Part shown: positions 19,776-28,854 of the stretch, piece by piece
Layout: every line of letters starts with the position of its first letter
Numbering within the stretch: position 1 is the first letter of the stretch
From: Stramenopiles sp. TOSAG23-6
Taxonomy: Eukaryota
NCBI GenBank assembly: GCA_900128565.1
Contig: LT635944.1
Location: forward strand, 1 to 35,463
Reading direction: 5' to 3'
DNA: 35,463 bases
Notes under the pieces: model-generated
The model's input: the letters and a program-made list of their open reading frames with translations, nothing else
Databases searched by the model: none
What the model was told of the DNA's origin: nothing
Made by a program: the position numbers and the translations under genes

Positions 19776-20284
19776 GTTCAATGGAATTATTCGTGAGCTC
19801 GCGTTATTCTCTAAGCTGCAAACACTAAAAAGATGCAACAGTGCTTTATCTGAGTCCCTGGATAATTTCTTGGAATGAATAAAATTGCACACAATGGGAC
19901 AACAGCTGTATGTAAGAGTTGTACGCGGATCCTTTTCACAGTTACAAAGGGATACCGTCTTTTTGGTCGTACGAAATTTTATACCTAATCTAGGATCTTT
20001 GTTTTACGTTGGAAATTGAATTTACTTTCTAAATTTCTTGGTTTTTCGTGATAAAATTGCTAAACCGACATTTTCCAGTACCGGGTAATCAACTTCGAAT
20101 TTTTTTTTTGCTTGCCAGACAAAGAAAAAGAAAAAGAGAAGAGAACTCGAAAATTTAATCAACTTTTGAACTGCTACATGCATAGATGCATGTTACCATT
20201 TTCGAGTTTCAAGTTTTAATTGAAAATCAATAACCCGGATGAGGTAATCGAACTTTTTCTAGTTGATACTTTTGTGGAGGCGCA

Positions 20285-22376
20285 ATGTCGCTCGATCATT
20301 CTGAGAGTAATGGCATCACACTCAAAGTTGTTTCAGTTTTTATTATGCTTATATTGGGAGTCTATGTTTGTTATCTTGTAAAGAGATATGCTAGGGCAGA
20401 TACACCCACATTGGTTCTTTTTATTGTATGGGTTTCTTGGTTCCTCTCGTTATGTGGTTCTTTGATGCTTCCGATAGATATTGCGATAACATTGACAGAA
20501 CGTAATACATCTGCTGGTATCCTTGTATTGTGGGAAATTAACTATTGGGCAACTTTTATACTTGCTTGGGTGGTTGGACCCTTACTGATGGAGTTTGGCG
20601 CATCAGGACACTTTGAAACAAAGCTGAAGTTTATTTCGGCCGTGAAGTCTAATGGCAAGTGCTATATGTATGGTTTGATTGCTCTTGTTTTTATTTTTTT
20701 TGCTGTTGTGATGGTGGATGGTTTCACAAACCCTTTATCTATTTTAATGGCTGCTGGGAATGTCTACGGTATTCTGCTTGTAGTAGTTCTCACTTCGTAT
20801 GGTTTATTCAACGTCCCTCGTAATTTGTGGCATTCAGCAAATCCAGAATTAGAGCTCAAGAAGTTAGAATTTATGGCTCCTCAAAAAGAAACTGAAGTTT
20901 GGGAATCAAAACGAGATGTAGAATGTGTTATGAGAGAAGTGTGGGCAGTAGATTATTGTTTGCGAGAAGAATCTAACACACTGGACAACCCGTTGCTTAC
21001 ACAATATCTTCAACAGATTTTAGACAAGTGTAGCCTTTCTAGTTTTAATTTTACTGGAATTCCAGAAGAAGTTTGGTCTCCATCGACTAGTAGGAAGCAT
21101 AAAGTGGATAAAATGGCAAGCATTCACCGAAGACTTCGATCTGCTTTAGCTGTAAAGGGACGTGCTCTTGCTGAGTGGGACTTTTTGATGAATCGTGTGT
21201 TAGAGTTAGAAGATTTGTTAAATGTAGCTGCAATGCCTTCTGGAACTAATGCTGTTGCTGCTACTGGTGATAGCACAATTAAGTTACAACTTTTTGCTTG
21301 GAGGTGGTACTGGAAGGTACACATTGCTCCTTGTGCAAATCGAGTGTTTGCAGTTTTATTCGGTTGTTTATCACTTGTAGTTTTGTGGTGCGAAGTGTCA
21401 ATGCCGCTACAAATGGGACTTTCTCCATTTGGTTTTCTTGTGCGACATTCGGATCAGTCACAATTTTTTTGTGCTTTGGCAGTTGCAATTCCTCTTTGGT
21501 ACATTACCTTCTGTTGCTATTCTTCATTAGCTGCTGTATTAAAGGTTTTCTCAAATTTGACACAACGGGGTTGCTGCACGATGGATGCATATGATATTTA
21601 TGATGGCCAGCATGTATGTTTTATTTTTTTCAAATTCGAATTTATTTTTCGTACGAAATGTTATACCTAACATTTTTTTTTAGATTTTTTTTGAAATATT
21701 TTTCCAAAATACATACTGATCCTTATGCATTGCTGTTTAACGCTGGTTATATTTGTCGAATGCAATTTTCTCTTAATGCTAACTTTCTTGCCATTCTACA
21801 ATACAATGAAAGCGCCTTTAAAAATGTAGTAGGACAAATGTATGTTTTATTTTTTTTTAAATTCCAATTTATGTTTTTTTTTCGTACGAAATTTTGTACC
21901 TAACGAATTTTTTTTGAAATATTTTTCCAAAATACATGGAAGTTGGCGTACTTGGAAAAAATGTCCCGCTTATTTTCCCAGCTGCGATGGTTTTTATTGT
22001 TTTAATGCTTTATTACGAAATGTACGAAAAAATTCTGCGCTGTTTTGGGATTGACATCGCCTTTTTGGGTGATGTTAATGTCGAAAACCTTGGACCAGAG
22101 CATGAAGACCAAATTATGGAGGGACGAGGGCTCATTAGAAATGATCGTAGAGTCATTAGAAATGATCGTAGAAGATTTGGCGACTCGAAAAGAGTAGGTC
22201 CTTCGAGCAATTACAGGTCAGAAACGAAGTCAAGGTTCAAATCTACACGCAGAAGCGGCAATGAAACACTCGAAAATTCAGTGAATTCTATTGAAGTTGG
22301 TGATCTCGCGGTTGATATAGATCATACGAAAATGCCTCTTTGGTTAATTGATAGTAATAGTAGTAGTTCAGATTAA
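20285..22376 (+). CDS. LMBR1-family multi-pass membrane protein (LMBRD2-like), 3 exons: 20285-21613, 21715-21839, 21938-22376 (~630 aa)
   Basis: Multiple TM helices with LPIDI, LWxINYW and GLxxVPRxLW motifs. The joined exons give the family-like QHTDPYALLFNAGYICRMQFSLNANFL and GQMEVGVLGKNVPLIFP...ILRCFG. Joined length 1893 nt = 631 codons including stop. Confidence 0.8.
21614..21714 (+). mobile_element. Introner-like intron 1 (101 nt, GT...AT; element GTATGT...AAAATAC plus duplicated AT)
   Basis: cagcAT|gtatgtttt...tcgtacgaaatgttatacctaac...ttgaaatatttttccaaaatac AT|actgat. Removal restores QH-TDPY. Confidence 0.75.
21840..21937 (+). mobile_element. Introner-like intron 2 (98 nt, GT...AT)
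   Basis: caaAT|gtatgtttt...tcgtacgaaattttgtacctaac...ttgaaatatttttccaaaatac AT|ggaa. Removal restores GQ-M-EVG. Clearly homologous to intron 1. Confidence 0.75.
22132..22172 (+). repeat. 21-bp in-frame tandem duplication (IRNDRR x2) in the LMBR1-family C-tail
   Basis: tcattagaaatgatcgtaga repeated twice. Confidence 0.85.
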
Positions 22377-22418
22377 TTAGGGTTAATTGATAGTAATAGT
22401 AGTAGTTCAGATTAATTA
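22342..22418 (+). repeat. 39-bp tandem duplication spanning the stop codon of the LMBR1-family gene
   Basis: ggttaattgatagtaatagtagtagttcagattaatta occurs at 22342 and again at 22381. Confidence 0.9.
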
Positions 22419-22579
22419 ATTAGGGTTGATGTAGGATACTTTTATAATTTTAGTTACATTTGATTTGCTTTTTTTTTTTTTTGCGATAGAATTCTTAAAT
22501 ATTAAGAGAAGTTATTTTGGATTTATTTCTTAGTAAATCCCTCCGATGCAGACACAAGGAAGTTGTATTGCGACATTAA

Positions 22580-22672
22580 ATTTATTTAGGATTTGAGATT
22601 TATTATCTGTTAAACCTTTTTTTAGGGTTAGGGTTAAGTCGGATTTTGTTCAATCTCAAATCTGAAATAAAT
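22580..22672. repeat. 21-bp inverted repeat (19/21 matches) enclosing TTAGGG repeats
   Basis: atttatttaggatttgagatt (22580-22600) pairs with aatctcaaatctgaaataaat (22652-22672). The loop contains tttagggttagggtta (22621-22636). Confidence 0.7.
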
Positions 22673-22793
22673 CAAATCTGAAATTTTTTTTTTAAAATTC
22701 AAAAAAAAATTGAAACACACGACACTGTTGTCGTCAGAAGATCTTGAAAATTTTGAGAGATTTGGATAGCATTATTAGACTAGAATAACATAT

Positions 22794-23870
22794 ATGTCTT
22801 ATCGTGGACAAGGAGAGTATGGCAACCCCGTAAGAGATGTAGTAGGCTATGGTGCCAACCCACCAAATCCAAGGTGGCCGAATAACGCAAAGGTTGCGTT
22901 ACAAATAGTTGTGAATTACGAAGAAGGTGGTGAACACTGTTTGTTACATGGAGATGGAAAATCTGAGTGGTTATTGAGTGAAATTGTGGGCGCTAAACCA
23001 TATCCCGGACAGCGTCATATAAATATAGAGACTCTGTACAATTATGGATCACGCGCTGGTTTCTGGCGCATTTTTAGAATACTAAAGGAACGAAATCTTC
23101 GTGCGACTGTTTATGCTGTTGGCATGGCTCTGGAGCGCAACCCTGCTGCTGGTCGGGCAATGGTTGATGCGGACTGGGAAGTTGCATCTCATGGTTACAG
23201 ATGGATTGATTATCAAAATGTGGACCAGAAAACTGAACGAGAGCATATTCGAAAAACAGTTGAAATTCATCACCGAGTGCTTGGCCAAAGAGTTTTAGGG
23301 CTTGTATGTTTACAGCATCAATTTTAAATTTATTTATTTTTCATACGAANTTTGTANCTNACNAAAAAAAANTTNAAAATNTTTNCCAAAATACTTTACC
23401 AAGGTAAACCTAACAAAAATACTCGTAAGTTGTGTGTTGAAGAAGGCGGGTTTTTATATGACTCTGATGCATATGACGATGATCTTCCGTATTGGAATAC
23501 GGAGTATGGACGCCCACATTTGGTTATTCCGTATACACTAAGTGAAAATGACATGAAGTTTGTTTCACCGGGTGGTTTTAATAATGGAAGTGACTTTTTT
23601 GGATACTTAAAAGACAACCTGGATTTTCTCATTGCAGAAGGACGCTCTGGTCGTCCTGTTATGATGACTGTAGGTTTGCATGGCAGAGTTGTTGGTAGAC
23701 CAGGGCGTGCAGCTGCTTTAGCTAAATTTTTAGATTATGCAATGTCTTTTGATAAAGATGTTTGGATATGCCGTAGGGATGAAATAGCAAGACACTGGTA
23801 TCGCTATCACTGGCCAGAAGGATATGGTAAAGCTCCACCTTACGCAACAGGTGTATTTAGTAAACTATGA
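22794..23870 (+). CDS. puuE: PuuE-type allantoinase (polysaccharide deacetylase / CE4 fold), 2 exons: 22794-23303 and 23397-23870 (~327 aa)
   Basis: RDVVGYG, WPNNAKVALQIVVNYEEGGE, ETLYNYGSRAGFWRI, MALERNP, WEVASHGYRWIDY, GGFLYDSDAYDDDLPYW, HLVIPYTL..NDMKF, MMTVGLHGRVVGRPGR and DVWICRRDEIARHW are PuuE-family motifs. Confidence 0.9.
23304..23396 (+). mobile_element. Introner-like intron 3 (93 nt, GT...TT) in puuE
   Basis: gggcTT|gtatgttt...tcatacgaantttgtanctnac...ccaaaatac TT|taccaa. Contains an in-frame TAA (23325-23327). Removal restores GL-YQGKPNKNTRKL. Confidence 0.75.
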
Positions 23871-23967
23871 AATAAATTTGCTGTTATTAATCGCTTTTAT
23901 TGAATTGAAATATTCATTTGAAGAAGTCTTCTGTATGTTTCAAAACATTTCGTATGATGATTATTTC

Positions 23968-24876
23968 CTATGCTTCATATACGTCCTTCCTCCTTTGATA
24001 GCCAATTGGGATATTTTTACGAATGGTATCCACAATATCTAAGTCAATATCGGCAATAATTATATCTGCAACTTCGGCAATTTCATCGCCCCCAGCTACT
24101 ACTTTACCCCAAGGATCTACAAGCAGAGAATGTCCCCATGCTTGATAACCACCAGTTGAATTTCGTGCAGGGGAGACTCCAGCAACATATACTTGATTAT
24201 CAACAGCACGGGCTCGCATCAAAAGTTCCCAGTGAAGTGGACCCGTAGTTACATTAAAAGCTGCAGGGAAAAGTAACATTTCACATCCTTCATCTCTCAT
24301 ACGCATTGATAGCTCCGCAAATCTTACATCATAGCAAATTGCAAGTCCCATTTTGCACCAAGGAGTATCAAAAGTAGTGAAGCAGTTACCAGCTGATAAT
24401 GTATCCGACTCTTTAAAGTATTGCCCTCCTGGGATATCGATGTCAAATAAATGAACTTTTCGATGCTTTGCGACTAAAAGACCATTTGGGTCAAAAGCTA
24501 CACTAGTGTTAAATACTTGGTTGTTCGAGTCTATTTCTGGGTAAGAACCACCAAGCAACCAAACTTTATTCTCCTTAGCAGCATCTGAGAGAAATTTTGT
24601 CGTGGGGTTTGCTTTAATATCAATTGAGTCTTTAGCGTTGATGTTTGGTATTTTCTCTGCGTATTTTCGGAATTGGGTAGTGTCGTAAGGACTATTGAAG
24701 CACTCTGGGAGTGCAACGAATTCAGCACCGCCTGCTACTGCAGCATCGATGGCTCTGCGAGCTTTCTGAAGATTTGATGATTTATCCGGTGAGCCACAAT
24801 CCAACTGACAAAGCGCTAGCTTAAACTTCCGTTTTGCACTTGAAGTAGAAAGAGGTATTGCTCTTTGGCATGCCAT
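23968..24876 (-). CDS. NIT2: Omega-amidase NIT2-like (nitrilase / CN-hydrolase family), 302 aa
   Basis: Glu-Lys-Cys triad motifs LPECFNSPY, KHRKVHLFDIDIPG and ICYDVRF, plus AFNVTTGPLHWELLMRARAVDNQVYV and YQAWGHS, typical of NIT2/Nit3. Confidence 0.9.
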   Translation of the reverse strand: MACQRAIPLSTSSAKRKFKLALCQLDCGSPDKSSNLQKARRAIDAAVAGGAEFVALPECFNSPYDTTQFRKYAEKIPNINAKDSIDIKANPTTKFLSDAAKENKVWLLGGSYPEIDSNNQVFNTSVAFDPNGLLVAKHRKVHLFDIDIPGGQYFKESDTLSAGNCFTTFDTPWCKMGLAICYDVRFAELSMRMRDEGCEMLLFPAAFNVTTGPLHWELLMRARAVDNQVYVAGVSPARNSTGGYQAWGHSLLVDPWGKVVAGGDEIAEVADIIIADIDLDIVDTIRKNIPIGYQRRKDVYEA

Positions 24877-25310
24877 TTATGTTTTTTTCACTTATACAGA
24901 ATATGGGAAGAAAAGAGAGAGAGAGATACTAACTACTAGAGTCCTAGTCATAAAAATAACACTTGACAAGGTTGATTAAATTTTGGCCAAAAAAAACGGA
25001 TGTTTTTTTCGTCTTTGACCGAGCGTTTCTGTTAGTTACGGAGTATAATACGTAGTACCTCACTACGGGTAACCTATAGCTAGTAGAATTGGACCAGTAA
25101 GTAGTAGGCAAAGTACTATAGCCTCCTACGTACTCTGGACTCGAAACCACAGGGCTGATTCCCTAAATTCATCTCGAACATTTGTATTAGTCTGCCAAAC
25201 GTTCTAGAGATAACGTTTTGCTGATTTTTCTTTTATCTGTCTATACCAATCAGGGTCTGATTTTCGTGGTGTTTACCACTCTCCTCGTTCGTAGCACTGT
25301 TAATAGTTAT

Positions 25311-25562
25311 ATGGCTTCTGTTCCTAAACCAAAGCGACAGAAACTAGAGGCAAAATCTTGTGATATTGTAACAAAAAGACCAAATGGTGAATTGTGGCAT
25401 TGTTTAGGCACGGACTGTTCTGTTACTTTGCCTTTTGAGTTAAAACCAAAGGGGAAATACTGTGCTTGTTGCAAACCAGGTAAGTGGAATGGGCCACCAC
25501 CAAGGAGTAATATAATGGTGGAGACTTCAGAAGATTTGACTGGGGAGTGTAAGCAGCAGTGA
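25311..25562 (+). CDS. Possible small (83 aa) Cys-rich hypothetical protein
   Basis: ATG at 25311 within the tracked ORF: MASVPKPKRQK...WHCLGTDC...YCACCKPGKW. It fills the gap between NIT2 and the next gene. No family recognised. Confidence 0.4.
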   Translation: MASVPKPKRQKLEAKSCDIVTKRPNGELWHCLGTDCSVTLPFELKPKGKYCACCKPGKWNGPPPRSNIMVETSEDLTGECKQQ

Positions 25563-25652
25563 TGGACATTGTTATGTTCCAGAGAAAAAAATGTTGTCTC
25601 AGTCTAAATGACAAAAGTGACAACCAAATTGATAAATGACTGTTTTTATTAT

Positions 25653-28550
25653 TCACCAGTTAACAAGTTTTTTCTTACCACTTTTACTACTATTTGATCT
25701 TCTTATTTCGCGGTCTAAGAAACTGCTTGTGACGCGTATTTTTTTCTTGCTAGTAGAGGTGTAAGTTTTTCTCTCGCATTGATCAATTGGTTTGTTTTCT
25801 ACCACAGGGCTAGTATAAGATTTTGCAAATAATCCCAAAAAGACGTCACCTAAATTCGATTGCATACTATTCGTATTATCTTCGTCGCCGTGTATCGTTT
25901 GATTCTCTTCAATTAGACTAGTGTCATTTTCTACTATGTTGTTGCTATCAATGGTTTTATCTTTAACCGTTAAATTCTTTTTACGTTTCCCTCGTGAAAA
26001 GGTGTTTGGATGACTGCTACTTTTTACAAAACCACTACTAACACGAACCTTCTTTTTACTAAATTGGTGGATCTTTTTCTTCTTCTTGTGTACTTTTTTA
26101 AAAGGTTCAGCTGTACTTGGTCGGACTCCGCGTATTCCATGGACATACTTTTTCTTCCGTACAGACATTAAATTTCTTGAATTCAAATTTAAATTACTAT
26201 CAGTACCAGTCTTATTGTCTGCAGTATCATCTGGATTCCATTGTCTTCTACTTCCTGAAGCACGATAAGAAGTTTGAAGTCCTTCAATGCCATGTCTATC
26301 AATATGATGTTTTTTTATCTTCAGTTTTGTGCTAAATTTATCATCAGACTGAAAATACTGTCGCGCTTCTCCCATAAAATTTTCAGTCATAGGACGGGGC
26401 ATTGAAGTCGCATAATTAGAATCATTGTGGCTTTCTTCAAAAGATGCGGGATAACTATACGTGTTATCACTTTGTCCTCCAATGTATTGAAATCCTTTAC
26501 TGTTGGGTATCGTCGGACTGATACCTTTGAATGCCCGATTTTTAGGTTTTGTTGAAACTTCTCTTTTTTTTTTCCGTTGATATTTAGTTACATCCTTAGT
26601 TGAATGTGACTCCTCATGTAGAACAACAGCCTTTTTTCTTGTTTTTGTCGATGGTGGTGTATTCATTATCTTTCCGGTTCGTGTGCTTTTTGCAGATGGA
26701 GGCCGTGCTTGCTGTGCACGTTTACTCCTTGTTTGGCGATTTTGTGGTGAGAGCCTTGTTCCTCGGTCAACTGTAGCGGTACCAGTTCTTGAGATTTTAG
26801 ACACAAAAGATGTATTACATTGCAATCCGTTGTCAATACTGAATGTACAGTCTTCGGTAAGACTCTCTTTTGTCTCTTGCATATGGGGTATTTTTTTAAG
26901 TTCAGGCTCTAATGATAGTTCTACCTCTGGTTTTATGGCCACTTCTGGCATACTCTGAGTAGAAATATTACTTTGCCATACATCCCAATTAATGTTTTTG
27001 TTGTTTTGTCTCTTACTTTTGTTATTAACTTGATCTAGGTGATTGTTGGAGCTCCCCATGCTAATGAAACGGGCTAAAATGCCTTCAGAGTCCGAACTTT
27101 TGTGACTAATTCCAGCGGAAGCAAAACGTTGAACAAAATCGCTAGTTAAATCATCTAAATTTCTTGTTCTGCTATAATCAACAATATTCGAATCATTAGA
27201 ATCTGTAGAATAAGAGTCATGGTCCGATCCACTTAAATATGAATCTGGGTCACTACTAAATATATCAGCATATTGTGGACCATAACCTGTAGTTGCCCCC
27301 AGACCACGTAATTCTGGGCGCTCGTGTGTGCTGTATGATTTTCTTTGACTTGGATATACATAAGAATCAGTGTTTGTGTATAGAATTTCTGCATCACTAT
27401 CACTCGTTGTGGAAACGGGTGAGAAAATATTATCCCCTTCTAAATTTCTATTTATAGAGTGTTCCATAGATATTTTTGTTTTGTCATCCATTGACAGACC
27501 TATGGCTTTAAAGCCAATAATCGGTGATTCAATCGGTCGAGGCGATGAAGGAACCGAATCTGGAAATGTGTCGAATGATTCTGTTGGTTTAATTTTAGAT
27601 GCAGGAAGTTGAAGATTCAAAGACTCCTGTGGGGGTCGATGACGAGATGGTGGGCGTCTTCTAGTTGAATCTTGTCGGCGGCGGTGTATATTCGGGCTTG
27701 GCATATACTCAATGCGAAACATCTCGGCGTCCCAATCTGCTTCTTCTGCATCAATTTCTATAACTCTTTCTACGTCCCTATCTTTCTCTCTTTGGGTTAT
27801 CTTGCTCTTTTTACTTTTAATACCACTCTTCAATCCAAATGATCCTCGACGCTCTTGTGTAAAACGCTTTCTCGTTTTTTCATAGGACTTTACGAACTTT
27901 CGTTGTCTAAACTTGGGGGAATTGTTCTTCTGATCCCACCCATATACACTTACAGGTTTCGCATCCACTACATGTGACTTTTGGAATGTTGCATTGTTGT
28001 TGTTAGATTTTTGAGGAGAGTGAACATTTCGGCGAGTGGGTCTTGGTTTACTTGTTGAAGATGATTTATCCAAGTGTGTTGGAAAAGCATCCCTTTGGCG
28101 AGACGGAGGCCGAGTAGTCCACTGTACTCTTTTATTATTTTCTAAAGGTTTCATTGACATTTGAGTCTCTACTCCTATATCTATACAACTGTTGCTTCCA
28201 GTGGCAATCGATACAGAGATATCTGAGTTATTTCTGTGACTTATATCGCTCTCTAAAATAACATCAGTTGTCTCTTCAGCGGCCTTTTGATTTTCTGTCA
28301 ATAAACCACGAACACGATATACAGTTTCTTCGTCGCGCATTGAGGGTGGTCTAGAATGACTGTCGTCTTGGTTGTTTACCTCCTCTTGGTCAAAATGCCA
28401 ATTTTTAGACTCGTTATTGACTAAATTTTGCTGCCTTAAAGATGCATTGAGAGCAGCAAGAGCGCTGGGGTCAGCGTGTTTCAAATACCCATTAGGGCGC
28501 ATCCCACCTGAATTTGTTGGCGCAGTCCACGGAGGTGATACAGACTGCAT
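25653..28550 (-). CDS. Hypothetical 965-aa basic, Ser/Lys/Arg-rich, largely disordered protein
   Basis: Long intact ORF with low-complexity composition and recurring RPPS/RPST motifs. No domain recognised. Confidence 0.75.
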   Translation of the reverse strand: MQSVSPPWTAPTNSGGMRPNGYLKHADPSALAALNASLRQQNLVNNESKNWHFDQEEVNNQDDSHSRPPSMRDEETVYRVRGLLTENQKAAEETTDVILESDISHRNNSDISVSIATGSNSCIDIGVETQMSMKPLENNKRVQWTTRPPSRQRDAFPTHLDKSSSTSKPRPTRRNVHSPQKSNNNNATFQKSHVVDAKPVSVYGWDQKNNSPKFRQRKFVKSYEKTRKRFTQERRGSFGLKSGIKSKKSKITQREKDRDVERVIEIDAEEADWDAEMFRIEYMPSPNIHRRRQDSTRRRPPSRHRPPQESLNLQLPASKIKPTESFDTFPDSVPSSPRPIESPIIGFKAIGLSMDDKTKISMEHSINRNLEGDNIFSPVSTTSDSDAEILYTNTDSYVYPSQRKSYSTHERPELRGLGATTGYGPQYADIFSSDPDSYLSGSDHDSYSTDSNDSNIVDYSRTRNLDDLTSDFVQRFASAGISHKSSDSEGILARFISMGSSNNHLDQVNNKSKRQNNKNINWDVWQSNISTQSMPEVAIKPEVELSLEPELKKIPHMQETKESLTEDCTFSIDNGLQCNTSFVSKISRTGTATVDRGTRLSPQNRQTRSKRAQQARPPSAKSTRTGKIMNTPPSTKTRKKAVVLHEESHSTKDVTKYQRKKKREVSTKPKNRAFKGISPTIPNSKGFQYIGGQSDNTYSYPASFEESHNDSNYATSMPRPMTENFMGEARQYFQSDDKFSTKLKIKKHHIDRHGIEGLQTSYRASGSRRQWNPDDTADNKTGTDSNLNLNSRNLMSVRKKKYVHGIRGVRPSTAEPFKKVHKKKKKIHQFSKKKVRVSSGFVKSSSHPNTFSRGKRKKNLTVKDKTIDSNNIVENDTSLIEENQTIHGDEDNTNSMQSNLGDVFLGLFAKSYTSPVVENKPIDQCERKTYTSTSKKKIRVTSSFLDREIRRSNSSKSGKKKLVNW

Positions 28551-28854
28551 GTATAGTATACAGTAAAGTTTAATACATGTTAGTGTTACCTACAAGAAAG
28601 CATTTAATTATTAATTACAAGAGGACTTTGCAGTACTAGCTATATATAGGCCTACCTACTAAACCCACGTATTATTTTACATAAGATTCTTGATATTTAA
28701 CGGTCGTAATAACGGTTACACTTCCCCAAGTCTCCCCTTTTATTTCCCTTTTATTCCACTATAATAAACGAAATATTACATTTTCGATAAACATCTTCAT
28801 GGAGTAGGCGTCATGGTCATGTTAAGCTCTTGCTAATAGGTCGAAAGTAAGCAA

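Noticed and set aside
20285-21670. 461-aa ORF as a complete gene, with 21616-21903 and 21936-22376 as separate genes
   Set aside because: Their Phe-rich ends are intron read-through. The pieces join into one LMBR1-family CDS.
21612-21935. Interpreting introns 1 and 2 as U12-type AT-AC introns
   Set aside because: The 2-bp duplication allows an AT...AC reading, but the U12 donor ATATCCTT is absent and the homologous third intron would read TT...AC. GTATGT is the common donor.
22794-23870. puuE as a pseudogene, or as evidence of bacterial contamination
   Set aside because: Both halves keep intact motifs, the interruption excises cleanly, and it is homologous to the introns of the neighbouring eukaryotic gene.
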